A DNA stretch of 64,000 nucleotides from Pavona decussata. Its lineage: Eukaryota. The notes under the pieces are model-generated. The model saw only the letters and a program-made list of their open reading frames with translations, ran no database searches and was not told the origin of the DNA. Shown in pieces: positions 1-43,590 of this stretch (position 1 is the stretch's first letter; each line of letters opens with the position of its first letter). A program made the position numbers and the translations under genes. The DNA is taken from positions 992,001 to 1,056,000 of the forward strand of contig CDRNST010000090.1 in assembly GCA_977016875.1 (NCBI GenBank). The letters run 5' to 3'.

Positions 1-282
1 GGGATTTTAACGAAAAGAACGTACGGACGAGGAAGGATACGCTGAATGTTGTACGGTTGTAAATAGAAAGTTGTATTTTAAAAAAATTAAACGTTTATGC
101 AAGTCCTTTGAATGGAGTTTTCATGTGTTTGATTTAAACGTCTCGTGTGAGAAATGCCTGTCAACGAGACGCCGGCAAAGAAACTACAAATAAACAGACA
201 AACAAAGCAAAGCAAAACACAAACAACGCTACTGTGCAGCAAACCTTTTCTGCTGTTTACCACGCTATACAACGTTTTAAGC

Positions 283-557
283 TGTGACCATTCCAATGGA
301 AGCTTAGTACTTTCCTGGGATGATGTTTATTGTGCTATACAAGGTGATTCTAACGTTTTAATCTGTGGGATAGACGCTTACGTTTGACCGTTAGCAGTAT
401 TTTCCTGTGATGTTTTCTTAGTTTACAAGGTGGCTCTATAACTGTTGAGTCTGTGAATGCATTCCTAAAGTTTCACTATTTACGTGAAAGCTACTGAGTA
501 GTGCCTTCCCGTGGTGCCGTATATGTGATGTACAAGGTAGTTCTTTTTCTTGAGACT
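283..557 (+). repeat. Degenerate tandem ~100-bp interspersed repeat (gtgtgaccattc...aagctactgag..tacaaggtggttct type)
   Basis: About three diverged units, each containing tacaaggt(g/a). Related decayed copies lie at ~8845-9005 and ~10050-10170. Confidence 0.55.
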
Positions 558-2239
558 GGATGAAAACTTTCACGCGCCTATCGACCAATCCACCGCGGGG
601 ATGTGTGGGGGGGGGGGGGGGGACTCCGGGCAAGGTGGGGGGAGGGGAGAAGTTCCTTCTCGAAAGTGCTAATTTTCCTCTCTCGGAAGGGGGCATGGAA
701 AGATCACAGTTAAGAAATCCCCCCCCCCCCCCTTAATAGCCAGGTCGTGTGGTCAGCATCACCTTCGTTTAACACATCTCAAGAATTTTGGTTTAACGGC
801 ATATTTATCATAGATTGATTTGCAAGACAATACCTGAAGTGACAGAATCCGCTATTGTCGAGCTCTTCAGAGCACGTGACGCAAGACAAGCCCAGGAGAC
901 TTCATGTACACTGGTCTGTTTGCCCTTCATTTACAACGACTACAACATAGCTTCTTGTTTTACAAAACCCCCTATTTTCTCCGTAGCTAAGACACGAGAA
1001 AACAAACCTTCCTCATTTCACCCTCCTTGCTAGGCAAATTACCAGTTAAACCTCCCTGGTAAATCCCCATAAAAAAAGTCTTTTTCCCCGGGATCCCCGC
1101 TAGGGGATAGCCGATGCATTAGTTTCTCATTTACCCCGCTCCCCAAGTGCTAAAATTAGCAATAAACGGAGACTGAAATTTCTAAAATATCCATTTATTC
1201 TCGTCTGGGCTTATAAATTCAATGCGCGACAATCCATGTCGTGTATACTGTACAATAAATATTTACCCTCGTCAAAAAAGAAATTTATATTCCTGTCAAA
1301 CGCCTATAACACTCATCGCTGTCGGCAGTTTAACGTAACTAGCAGTGTCTTTGCATCCAGCGGCCCTGTAGCTCAGCTTTGGACAACATGAACGGTGAAT
1401 ACACTGGCTTAATTTTCAAGCAATTATCGGGCTTTAGTGAATTTGGCCGCTGTGAGTTAGAAACCAAACAATTAAATTATGCATGTAGCAGCCTTTTCTA
1501 TCTCTGTGTAAGTGTAAATTTATACACAAATGCTAAATGCGACGTTAAAAATGTAGGAGAAAGCAAGTTGCTGTAAAAATAACTACTTAGGATCACTAAA
1601 ATGGTTACTACAATTAGCTCGTAACAGGAAATATTTTATTATACGCAATTTCGTTTGTTTGTTTGTTTCTTTTGAATTTGTGTAAAGTTGATGTTGCAAA
1701 TAAAAGGTCAATTCGTGCCTTAGTGGGGGAAGTTAATCGTCGCGAGAGGAAGTAAACCGGGCAAAAATCGGTGGACAAAATTTTCCAAGAACGGGCTCTT
1801 TCACCCGTTCTTGTTAACTTTCGTGCCCCCGATCATCCGGTTTTAATACTTCCTCTTGCCCCAAATAACTGCCCCTGTGTGAAGATCATGCAACTGATTT
1901 CACATGCTTCAAACCATCACATGCAGTGTACAACAATTTCACAGCGTTTTCTCGCTTCGCTGTGTCTCTTCTTTTCGCTCCGACCTTTTCGATTTTTCCG
2001 AGAGATAAGACGTCCTACTCCCAGCTTATTATTATAAATTTCTCATCAATTCATCAATATGGAGTTAAGCGTTCATTTTGGATCTCACTGCGATTTTCAG
2101 GCGGCAGGGGAACTGCATGTTCCCTATGGCTTGATGGCGTCGCCAGTTGTCTTCTGAGCGCTTCTTTCAACTGCCAGTGTTTTCAAGCAAAGCGTACTGC
2201 ACGCCTTCTCAGCTCCTAGGATAATCAGTTACAGCCTAG

Positions 2240-14511
<12,272 letters not shown>

Positions 14512-17500
14512 TCAGACAAGATCCAAGCAAACTTCTCGGGCTAAATCCTATAAGACGGACGGAGAGTCGAAGGACGTGCCTCGTTCTCCGACGCAAGAAG
14601 TTTCTTTTGCGTCGATCAGACCACACGTACAAACACTGCAAACAGCCCTGAGGGCAGGCTTGTTCTGAGCGGTGGGCGGTCAACATAAAAATTATCCGAT
14701 CATCAACAATATTCCCGAACAAAGAGAGCAGGCTATTCTCCAGGGACCTTCTCTTCACGTTGAGCTCTTGAAAGCAACATGTCCACGTCCATTTCCTAAG
14801 TGAGCGCTCATAAAACAAGTAAACTAAGCACCTTCAATACAGAGCGGTGAACGCGCTCAACACACGATCAGCAATTTCCTTCACCCTTCCTGAATACCGC
14901 TTGGTTCCTTGTGTGAAGACAACGTAGGATGCTGCGAGAGGCTTGCGGTCTGTTATCTGTGAAGCAAGAATCCGCGGCCTCTCAATAATGGACTACTTTT
15001 TCAATAGACGCAAAACAATGATAATATCTTTAGTATACACCAAATGTGAATACCGCTTAGGATTCAAGCACCGGTGGTGTTTTTCAGAGAAGCTGTTGTT
15101 GAACACAGTCAATTCACTACCGTCTCGGTTCAGACGCCAGTCCAACTGGAGTGTTTTTTATGAGGTACAAGAGAATGCTCCAAGAGACCGGAAATAGTGA
15201 ATGGATGGCTGTCATATAACCACAATTGGCACGCATCAAATATCACTAGAACTTGAATTGCTTCTTTTCACACAAGCTAACACGACGGCGCAAAATGTAT
15301 ATATAAACTGCCGCTAAACATGAAACTGCTGGACAAACTATGTTAATCCCTTTTGTCCAAACATACAAGCAAAATTTGTAAAGCCGCTGTGAGGATTACT
15401 GAAGGTAAACGCTGGCTGACTATTTTTTTTTTTCTCGTTGTCACGATCTTATCTCTCGCGACTTTGGAATGCAAAATAAGAAAAAAGTAGGAATAATCTT
15501 TTCCGGTCGACAAGTGCCTTACAAATGTGTGCGCTTCTTGCCAAATTTGCATTCTGAACAAATGGACTTTGGATTAGAAAGGATCTACGCTTTTTGCGTT
15601 TTCAATCCTCTTTCTCCGACTCAGTTGACAAGTAAATTGTCTACCAGAGTCAATATAACTTGATTATGAATAGGATTGGGTCACAACTTGAACAAGAAAC
15701 ACAGCCGGTTTCCGTTTTTCAAGTGATCCAGTTTTGATAATAAATTGCTAGCCCTTCACTCAAAAACGAACAACTGTGACACAGCCGTCAATAAATATCT
15801 TTTATACACAGTTCGGCAGCAAATATTACTCCATCTCCTTCGATTACGAGCTTTTTAATGTTTTTTTTTTCACAGCCCCTGGAAACTCGATTGACCCTTG
15901 TACGTATACTCTTAGAGATGTGATCAATAAATGAAAATTTTACACAGAAGTGTTGCCAAGTTGATGTTAAGGCTCTTCAACAGAATCAATCGTTTGATGG
16001 CCCGTGGTTACGTTTGGGCTAAAATACGATATCTTTAAAAAAAATTAATACGGACATTTTCTGGGATTTTCAACACTTTTAATTTATATTTATAACGGAT
16101 ATTTCCCCGCATTAAATTCACAAAAGAATCCAGAGGGATAGAACTTATTTATTGCTCTCATCGACTGAAATTTAATGTCCAACTTATCAATTAAAACAGT
16201 GCAACTAATACTATGCTAATACTAACAAGATAGCCAGCACAAGATTAAAAGGCATTCTTTATACCAAGTGCCAAGGTTTGAGATATTTATATCGCAGTTT
16301 TATGCTAATTGCAAACATTGCTAGTCAAATATGTTACTGATATACTTACAAGATAGCCAAGATAAATGACTTTCCCACGCCACATATACAAATCATTATT
16401 TTGGTCATATAATGACAATCGTAGCGAAATAAATTACAATACAAATACAATTAAAAAGAACAGACAAATTAAATACGCCTCCTCACCTTATATGGAAGTG
16501 GTGTTCGCTAAAACTTCAAATACAGAGAGCTGCTATTTTTGTATATAAATCAACTATATTTAAAGACCACAGTGTTTGCATAGCCGAATAAAAAAATCTC
16601 TTTGCATTCAGGGTAAGTAAATCTGTACTGACCTAGTGAAAAGGAGAGATTGTAAAACAGTTCCGTCTAAACAAGTTTTCCGACAATCATGAGGCCTTAC
16701 TTTGCACACTGAATTGACTGAAAAACGACCGAGATAACAGATTTTTAAAACTCTACCTTCAGTTGACATTTTTCAAAACGGCGATTCGTCATTTGCATGT
16801 GAAGAAAAGTGGACATTCTTTTCTTCCGCCAGTTTGCAGCCTTTCATCAAGGTCACCCAACTCAATTGAAAAATACTGAAATAAAAATCTAGTTTAAATG
16901 TCGTTTTCTGATTTTCAAGATCCTTCTCGGGCCTTTAAATGAGATTTTTGTGTACGCTAACAGGTCTAACACAATTCGATCTGTCGGGTTTAACAGAAAC
17001 TTTTACTAGAGGGAGCAAAATCTCTTATAAACCGTACGGACAAGTCTGCTTTATTATTATCCTGCTAACCACAACTCAAAACCAGACGTTTTTTGTCCTG
17101 TGTCCTTATCAGAGACCTCAGCGTGGCGGGGAGTTGTCCGTAATATTTTGAGGGGGTCCGCAAAGCCCGGATTGACAAACAGCCGAGTATAGCCGGCTGA
17201 TAATGCAACTGTGAGATAAATAGGAAGAGGAGGGATGTAAACAGTCTACAGGCCAAGGAAAAGGGACTATTGTGTCTTCAGTTTGGTTAGGAGTCTTTAA
17301 AAGAGAACAGCGCGAAATTTCAGTGAAGTGTAGTCAAGCTTTATTTCAAACTATTTAGATCTGAAGTTTATTTCAAACTTTTTTATTTAGAACTATTTGA
17401 GGAAGAGAAGCACGAAGGTATTACACGTATTGAAACTCAGGATATAAAACATACGAAATGTTTGTTAATTTGTGCACCATGGCCAAAGGAGCAGGCAGGC

Positions 17501-20500
17501 TTTCGAGTTGGCCGCTGTCACTTTCAAGTAGACAAAGGATCCATAAATAAAACTGGGAGCGTATCAGCGCAAAAAAGGATAACGTTTCTGCAGGTTTAAG
17601 ACGCATTCATACGGCGATTCAACACAATTCATCGCCAAAAAAAGAGAGACTCATATCTGTCGAATGAACGGCAGAAAGTTAGAGGGTTGAATTCTAACTG
17701 AGTGTGTGGCTCATTGTTACCCACGTCTTGTTTATTGCCGGGATTCCGGCCGAACCTACCTATCGCTTTAATCGATGTCATCACGTTACACGTGTTGGCC
17801 TAGACAAAATATCTGTGCGGAACTGGATCAAGAATTCAGTAAACTATGGTGAAAAGTGACGTTTGCCCTTGATGCGAATCTGCTTTGTCCTGCTTTTTAT
17901 TGCAAAGAGTGGTAATAAAAATCAGAACCGAGAAGAAATTACCAGAATCTATAAAATACTGAGTGTAAAACATGATAACCTTAGAAATGTATATGTATCA
18001 TCGTATTAGACGCTTTGGCGTATAGCATCGCTGTTTTTATAAGTTGTATTGCAGGTGATTCCGACAAAATACAAACAACGAGTAAGAGATTTATTATCCA
18101 ACTTAAGCTTTTCTTTTTCTGACAAGTAGCAAAGAAAACTGCATGCAAGGAAAAACAGGCAAGCAAGATGAACGCGCGCCGCGCGCGTTAGGAAACCCAT
18201 TCTTTTAAAATAACTCTACGAATAACCATCAAACCGTTTTTTTTCCCGGCAGTACAAAAAACCGGCTAACTGTGTTCACACGCTATTCGAACAGGACAAA
18301 GTGGATTTGGATAGTAATACTAACATATACCGCCCACTGAAGTTCGAGGATGTTGCTCCATGCAAACGCACCGTCATTACGTGACTGGTAAAAACGCCTG
18401 TAAAAAAAGTGCATGTATTAACTGGACGAGAGGGGGAGAAGATAAAGGATTGGCTCTTGTGTGGCTGTAGATGCCAATTCTGAAAGTACAGTACACTTGT
18501 GTCCACAGGTTTTATTTGATTGGTCACGCTTTGGCGGGATCATTCGTCAGGACTCAATCAGACTCAAACGTTTGAACGACTTCACTTCACTTTACTCTGC
18601 GAGAAGAGGGGGCTTTGATAGATTTCCACGGGGTAAATATTTCTTCGGCAAGGGGCGCAAATTAAGGTTTTCCTTAGTAGACGTAAACCAAGTCCAAACG
18701 CATAACATTTAAGTTAATTACATCACACGACACGGGAAACTCCACCTTCGGGTGCTTCTAATTTTAAGTCGTGTGGGCGAGAGGCCATAAATCCCACGAA
18801 TGCAGTTGATCGTGAGAAATTACACTTGTCACTTTCTTATTTGCTAAGCTTCTGCAAACAACTTTGAAATGAAAAGATATTTGCTTTTTGAATCCGGCTG
18901 CAGTGAGAAACGTTATAACAAAGTATTTTTTGCCGATCTATCCTTGAGGGGTATTTGACGTAGAATTTCTTGTTGTGTCGTGATTTTGCTTAGTAAAATA
19001 GTTCTGTAATGTCAATTCTGTGCCAAGGTTGACCTTTTTGTCTCGGCTTTGTAAGTTACACTGCGAGCAATGGTTTCTTCACCGGACGCGGAGAAACCAC
19101 TGTTCACAGGAAACTCAGATGATTAGAATATTGTGTTATGAGAGCTAATCTATGCTGATCGATTGAGAAAAAAAAAATGAAATTAGCTTTTTCAAGCTCG
19201 AATCAAAAAGGTCTGTAATCGTTAAGAACATCTGGAGTCCAAACAGTCCGGCACTTGGAAGACTGAGTTTTTATTAGTATCCTTGGGCTCACATTTACTA
19301 ACAATTTCTATGACTTTTTACTGGTTGCGTCAGTTTGTCAGATTTGCATCGATAATCGTGACAGCCAGGTAAAAACAATTCTCTTGAGCTCAGGATTAAA
19401 ATCTCAGCTTTCCTATGGAAGAGGATTCTGAATGGAAAATGCTAATCCCATTTTCAGTAATATTTTGGGGGGCTGAAAACTACATGTCACAGTTATCGTG
19501 AATTTTACCAAACTTTCATTCCCAAGAGCATTTTTCTTCTTGTTCCGAGTCCGTTTGCGTTTTCACTGCCGGCCGCGCCACTCCTCGCGTCTGACACCAG
19601 TAGCACCAGTCGAATCATTTCAGTCGCTTGCAGGTGACACATGTATAATTGTCAGAGATATGTCGATGACCTGCGATAAACTTGTGTCTCATTTGATGCC
19701 GGTCTTTAAATAAAACCGTTCCTTGAATGTTATTTTGCCAGCCCCAGAGAGCTGTCGAGTGTCATTTGAAATAATAACAAAAAGCAATCGCGTTTTTCTG
19801 TCCTGTCCTTTTCTTTTCCCTCGCTTTTGTCGGGTTACCCACGGATAAAACGGCATAAATCACAACATCTTTTAGGATTTCATCCACCGGGCTCAACGAT
19901 TTAATATAGAAGAAGGAATGAAGCGTTCACGGCCGAAGAACAATGCCTTTTGTACATATTTACACTGCCTTCTTCTCACCAGATATTCTGCGAAAATAGA
20001 AAGTTGTCATAGTGGATATCATCACTTCAAAGACCTTTTCGTAAATAACGTAGCACCGGATATTACCGGCGTCTGGTTTTTTCGATATTTTGATAAACTT
20101 GATTCTTCTGCTGTTTTTGATACCAGATTACAGACAGGAAATAATCCGAAAGGGGTCAATCTTAATTATAAACACGATCAATGATCATTGTTAACTTTTT
20201 TCTAACTTTCTATACCTTTTAAACCGATATCTGCGATATGTTTTATCAATTTGTTTGGCATGAATACGATCATATCAATCGAAGTAAATAAAAAATGTTT
20301 ACTTCAATGCTTTTGCTCGGCATGTTTTTTTTTCTGGACAACATTTAATTCCTTCCACCATATCTCTGACTCATTGCTTCCGCAGACTTCCATAAAACTT
20401 TATCAAAGCCGCGAAGTTCAGGGATTTTGTCGGCTTCTAGATTCGAACTTGTGTGAGAGTTGATTCTTTCACTTCCAAGGGACGACTGTGCTTTAAAACT

Positions 20501-20876
20501 GGAACTGAAAAATCCTCCAAAATTAGCCGTGAGAGGATTGGTTAAATTAAGAGAAATAAGAAATATTGAAGAATTAGTGAAGTTTTAAAATAAGAATTTG
20601 TAGTTAATAATTAATAGACGGATACCAAGTTAGTCCACTAGCAACCTGGGGTGCTCTTGCGTGGGTATCAACTGTCTGTTAGTGTTCCAAAAATCATTTT
20701 CTTTCTTCTATCCCTTCTTTAAACCACTTCAAATTTCATTCAAATTTAGGTTAAGTCCCCCCTTAAACGGTCACCGTTCTGATAGGCGGTCTCGGTCAAC
20801 CTTTACTAAGTCCCAACGAGCTGTCTGTATTGCCTTGACCTGTATTAAACGGTCACTTGTAAAAAGAACCATACCA

Positions 20877-20957
20877 TGCAAGCAGAGATTCCTTCGATCT
20901 TCCTAGAGAAATTGGGAAGAGGATTTTCTACGAAGATCGAAGGGATCTCTGCTTGCA
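20877..20957. repeat. Short palindromic MITE, probably inside a larger decayed element (~20750-21295)
   Basis: Arms tgcaagcagagattccttcgatcttc (20877-20902) and gaagatcgaagggatctctgcttgca (20932-20957). Confidence 0.65.
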
Positions 20958-23008
20958 GAACTTAAATATAATAACAAATAACCTGCCAGGTAATTTAATT
21001 TCAAACTCTGACCGTACGATATTGACTGTTAGGATCTTGGGGTTAACTAAATGTTTTAGTATTCCTTTTTTTTTTTTGCTATGTTCTCTTTTAATTTGTT
21101 ATGCCATTTTAATTATTGCTGCGGTTTCTGAGCAAGTGGTTTTATGAGCGCTTTTCTGCAAACTGTACATTAAATGATTAACTGCGATATAGAATGGCGT
21201 TTTTTACGTTTTTATTGCGTGCTCTGTGTAACCTGTATAAAGCGGTCACTTTAGCCATTTCCCGAAGCCGGACCGCTTAATACAGGTTCCACTTTATTTC
21301 AGCTTCACGCCATTGTACCAGCCGAACATAATCAAATTTCATTTTAATCCGACAGCACCTGTGGCAGGTAGTTGTCTCCTAGGCAGCGGATTTATCGTGA
21401 TGATTCTATCTGTTACGAGACGAGAGAACTTCGAAATGTTTCCCAGCGTAATGGAGGACAGCTGAGCAAACCTTGAGAAAGAATATTTGCTCTTTGCAAA
21501 GTCTCTGATTCAGTCACAGGCGCAAAAAGATATTAGTTCAACTTTCCAACTCAATATAATTTCCCCCAAGGGTCTATTTTTCAAATTGCGGTTGTGTCAT
21601 TTATTATTTATCACCGACCACAAGAAATGTGTTTTTATCTTAACTAATCGACCGCAAAAATCCACCGAAACGATGGCGCGGAAAAGAAGGAAAGAAAACA
21701 AAAAGAGAAATGAATTTTCTAATCTCGGGAAGGTCGCGAAGAAAGTTAATATGTTCAGTGAGTCATTTTATAAACCGCATTCTATCTTTGAATCTCCATT
21801 TTCCCCATGACAACAACGAAGAAAAAGATCTAAGCGCGTGGCATATAGACTTTCTGCTAACGTCACTAGTGGATTTGTTTTGTGAAAATATTTTCATAAC
21901 AAAGGCTAGCAGTTGGACTGTTGCTTTATTGTCAAGCGTTTGAATTACTACTGCTGTTACCCAAACAAAAGCCATTGCTATTGAAAATCAAAAAGAAATA
22001 ATTTCCCATATGTTATTCACGTTTTAGGAGAAATGAAAGTGTAATGAAGAAATTTCCTTTCCCTCTGTTAATCGAAGCTAATGAGAACCTCCTACGGCTA
22101 ACTTCAGAGTTGTTTTATAATCTCGAGCTTACTTCAATCTCCAGAATCTCATGGCACCGGCGACTTGCTGGAGTCTTGTCTGATTGTAGTCCATTGTAGA
22201 CATTGTAAAACAAATTCAATGGTGGCTACTCGGTTTGTCTGACTCGGGCAAAGAATAAGGACAGTAATTCCAGCTACAATAGACCACGATATATGTGCAT
22301 GATTGAGGCAAAAAAGTTACGTTTAACTTCAACTTGTTAAAAATATATTTATTTATTCACTTGTACTTTTTCAATAGAATTTTACATATAAGTAACAATA
22401 TACTTTGATCAGTATTCAGTTTAGATTATAAATGACATCTATCGGATACAACTTGAATGCTAACATAATTTGTCTGTGCGAATTAATATTTTGAATATAC
22501 ACTGTTGCATTGCTGGTTTATTTGAGTTGATAGCGCTTAATCTACGTCTTCACGCGAAGGAAATCGTGCATGTTTAGATAAGGGTTGATAACAGCGTTGT
22601 GAAAACATCATCAGATGTCATAATTTGTGACAGAATATACTGGCAGTTTTGCTTTTACAGAAACTAGACAAATCAAAAGCGAGAGATGTATGTTAATTCT
22701 GGAGCGTGAATTGCCGGGTGGTCTTCGCCATAGTCGGGTCATAGTTTCCGCCAACACGCGAGCTGACTTCGTATTTGGGAAAAAATGATAGTCGTAAGGG
22801 AGGCTTTACCGTGAAGATAATTCACCGGAGGCGATTCACTTTAATGAGGAGCTCCCTTAGCCAGCGAAGGAAACACATCTAAGCGAATAAGCGCTCGGCG
22901 CCTCATCCGGGATTCTCTATCAAAGGAAACCGCAATCCACAGAGCGCGATAAAAGGTTTGTCAATATCTGAGTTCATCGTGGTGGGCCTGAAATTGCAGC
23001 GTTGTGAA

Positions 23009-40262
<17,254 letters not shown>

Positions 40263-40447
40263 CACAATGGAAAAATAGATAGTATTTAGAAGTATTTAAA
40301 ATATAAAATATAAGAACTAAAAAAACATGGCCTTCACAGGCGATGGGTGACACTCCCTTACTGCTCGAAATGCTAATGATGCATACTAAGTTAATGTCAC
40401 TTCTACTGCAATTTTCTTTTCTTTCTCTTCTTTTAGTTTTTTTTACT

Positions 40448-40659
40448 TTAACCCTTTAAGCCCGAACACTGATCAGCATCAAGTTTCTCCTTGTAATATG
40501 AATGCTTATTTAACTCCTGAGGTCATGAGAATTAAGGATATGATCACCCAAGGTGAATTTTCTCGATATTTTAATAACTTCTCCCCAGAACTTTTACAAG
40601 AGAAGTATGAAGACAAGATAGGAGAATTTGTTCTTTGATATTTGGGTTTAAGGGGTTGA
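40448..40659. mobile_element. piggyBac-like MITE (TTAA-CCC...GGG ends) in the PCGF5 paralog 1 3' region
   Basis: ttaaccctttaagccc ... gggtttaaggggttga. A related decayed copy lies at ~2540-2685. Confidence 0.6.
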
Positions 40660-43421
40660 GACCCGTTTACACATGCGATGTTTCAGTGCAATTTTTGTCG
40701 CACCTTTAAATGCAACATTCATTTCTCTCAAGTTGCAGTTTTAAATGTCGCGTATAACTCGCGTCAATTTCAGCGTTATTTATCGCCGCGATGTCGCAGG
40801 AGCTTCGAATATTTTTGAAACTTGATGCAAATGTGCAGGATTTCTCAGCAAATATACAGCGAAATCGCAGCTGGTTTACTGAAGCCGCAGCCTTGAGCGA
40901 GAAAAATTGAATTTTGTAGTGCGACAAAAAAATCGGCGCTTATGAGTTGCAGAGGCCTGTACAAAGGAAGAACGATTTTCGCTGAAAAAAAAAAAAAAAA
41001 ACTTGCTTTCTTGTATTTTCAACAAACGTCGTGAGTCTGTGCAAGAGGAAAAACATTTTGGAACGATTAAGCCACGAATGTTGCAGCAGCGATATTTTTC
41101 TCGTGTTTACAGGCCTTTAGTTTATGGTACTCTATTTTTTTTCTTTCTATTCAATCTTTCTCGCCTTTAACTGTATCGCAGTATAACAGGGAGTATAATC
41201 ATTTTGGTGTCTAGAATATAGAGCGGACGGATGTGCGAGCTCCGAGTCAGGATCAGAAAAAAAAAACCCAACTTTTATCGGAGTATAAAACACAAAAAAT
41301 GCTTTGTATTGTTTTTGAAGTGCTTTCCTCGAGTCAAAACTTGGGGTGTAGGGTATATTTTGTCGCAATCTTTACCGAAATCCTTTTCGAGTTGGATTTC
41401 TTATAATCTAAACATACAAAAATGCAGTTTTGACGCGTATGAATGAAGTTATTTCATCAAGTATAGAAAAATGCTAAAGCTATGCGGTTATATGCAAACC
41501 TTTAATGCACTGAACGAGCTCTCGGCTACCGTACTGTTTTCTTCTTTCCCTTGATTATCATTTAAGGGTTTTTTCAGTTTGCCCACCCAAGACAAAATCG
41601 TCACTCATGTTAATTAAGTTAAAATTACGAAAGAGACTAGGGGAAATGACATTGTAGAAAGTTGGGTGCTTGTGAATTCTGAAAAAAAAAAAAGGGAAAA
41701 AAAGCTAAATTTACACTACAATGTATGCAAGCTATGAGATGCGATGCGATGTGCCTCACGAAAACTGCAATAATGATGGAAACGTGACTGTCAAATGTGA
41801 GGTTTTCATGATCCCCATATAGTTGTATCCGGCAATTCCAATCTTTATTCTGTCTGATTTGTACAGAGGTTCAGGATTGCGTTTACCGAAAACGGTAAGC
41901 GTCAGATTGACCTTTACGTCACGAAGTAGTGCAAAATAATTCTGGCATTTGGTGCTAACACGAAAATACTCAACTTCACGTAGAAACGGAAAACGGCGAG
42001 CGTGATCACGGGGTAGTTTTTTCCGTTTGTTATAAACGTAATCCTGAGTCTCTCTTATCATCACTACAACACTAAGTCATTATATTAGGCGCCCTTATAT
42101 GTTTTTATATTGTTATATTCGCTGTTGAATAGTAGCTGCTATTGTTAGGTTCCCTGTTTTCTTATCCGCGCCGTTTCCAGTCCAACATCAAGCGGTCCCT
42201 GTTGCGTACCCTGTTATCCATCCTAAGCAGTATTGTTGAGTTTCTTGAAGGAATTTAATGTTCGTTAGTAGTCTACAGTTGTCTCACTTCAATAGTCTTC
42301 TTTTTTTGGCTGGGGGGGGGGGGGGGTGGTGGTGGTTGATTTTAACTGGACATTTCTCAATTCTGTTAATTAAAATAGTTTGTGAGAATCAATGCAGTTG
42401 TTAGCAAAAGAGCTCAAATAGAGCATGTATCGTTAATCCCTGGAAAATAGACATTACAGGTAGATTGCCATAAAATAACTCTCTTGGAGTCATATTAAAA
42501 TAGTGTAAATATTGTAAATAGAAATATAATGCGTTTGCAGAAAAATATCATCGTAAAAGTAATATAAAGATTTAAATAATAAATAGTTTCCGTTTTACAT
42601 TATTATTAGAAATTGTTGTGGCTGATCAAAAAACCCACTAACACATTAAAACTTCATTTGTTATTTCTGGCAAGTGTTCCATTATCCAGGTTACGTAGGA
42701 AAGATCCGCTCCCCCAAAAGGAACATTTTTGTCTTCGCTGGACACATCAGTTCTAGCAACATGAAGCGGGACGTGTGCCACACGTGAACTACAATTAGCT
42801 CGCGACGAGTGGTTAGAACGTTCGATCAGTGAGTGTGATGACCCAAGCACACGTCTTTCTCTTTAATATTGTCTAATTCAACGACTTTGAAATGTTTCAA
42901 TATAACTGGGCGTGGGAGATTTTAAACGTTTTGGTAAAACAAGACAATTGGCTTGGTACTCTACGGAATGTGGATGATCCCCCAAAACGTACGCGAATAC
43001 TAGGTTGTTATAAATGTGATGAATGTTTTTGTCCGAATGGTTGAGGGCAGGGAACGAAGTGCAGTGAACCGTGTTGATGCTTTTCAGTGTGTAGAAATTC
43101 ACTAGCCTTACGTCACAGGGAACTTGTAAACGGAAACAAAGAAAGAAGCGAACGAATAAATCGGATTGGAATGCTTCCGTTAGTTGCGGCAAAAGCCGGA
43201 GGAGATCTATTACAGCTCGCACACTAAACACATTGAAATCGTCCTTCGCATGAAGCCCAAGCCCAACATTCAACAAAATATTGAGACCATTTGCCGCAGT
43301 AACAGTCTTGTAATGAGCTAAAGATCTCTACTGCGCAGTACTTTTCACTAAAATAAAAAAAATGCGAGTGTCGAGCACCTTTTTGCTTGAAACTATCTAT
43401 CACATATCTCTTCGGTACTTC

Positions 43422-43590
43422 GGTATATTACGAACTCACAATATGACCAGCTCCCAGTTGGCTTGATACCTCATTTGGTAGAGCACTGCACCAGCATGGC
43501 TTCGAATCCCGTTCAAGCCTGAACGTTTTTCAAGCTTTCTTTTCGCAGCTGCTTAAGTTACAGATACAACTGCGATAGTCTCTCATTTAT
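43422..43590 (+). repeat. tRNA-like interspersed repeat (decayed)
   Basis: ggcttgatacctcatttggtagagcactgcacc...ggcttcgaatcccgttcaagcc has degenerate A and B boxes; the anticodon arm is deleted. Confidence 0.55.

Noticed and set aside
1-90. Possible 3' end of an upstream + strand gene (short open frames, TGTAAATA, ATTAAA)
   Set aside because: Too little sequence and no recognisable peptide.
595-732. G-runs and C-runs with G-quadruplex potential; Pro-rich ORF 436-696
   Set aside because: Homopolymer low-complexity sequence; similar runs recur at 42313 and 55125; no coding signature.
43455-43520. tRNA gene
   Set aside because: Anticodon arm missing and boxes degenerate; it is a tRNA-derived repeat. 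The same applies to ~59814-59880 and ~4570-4620.
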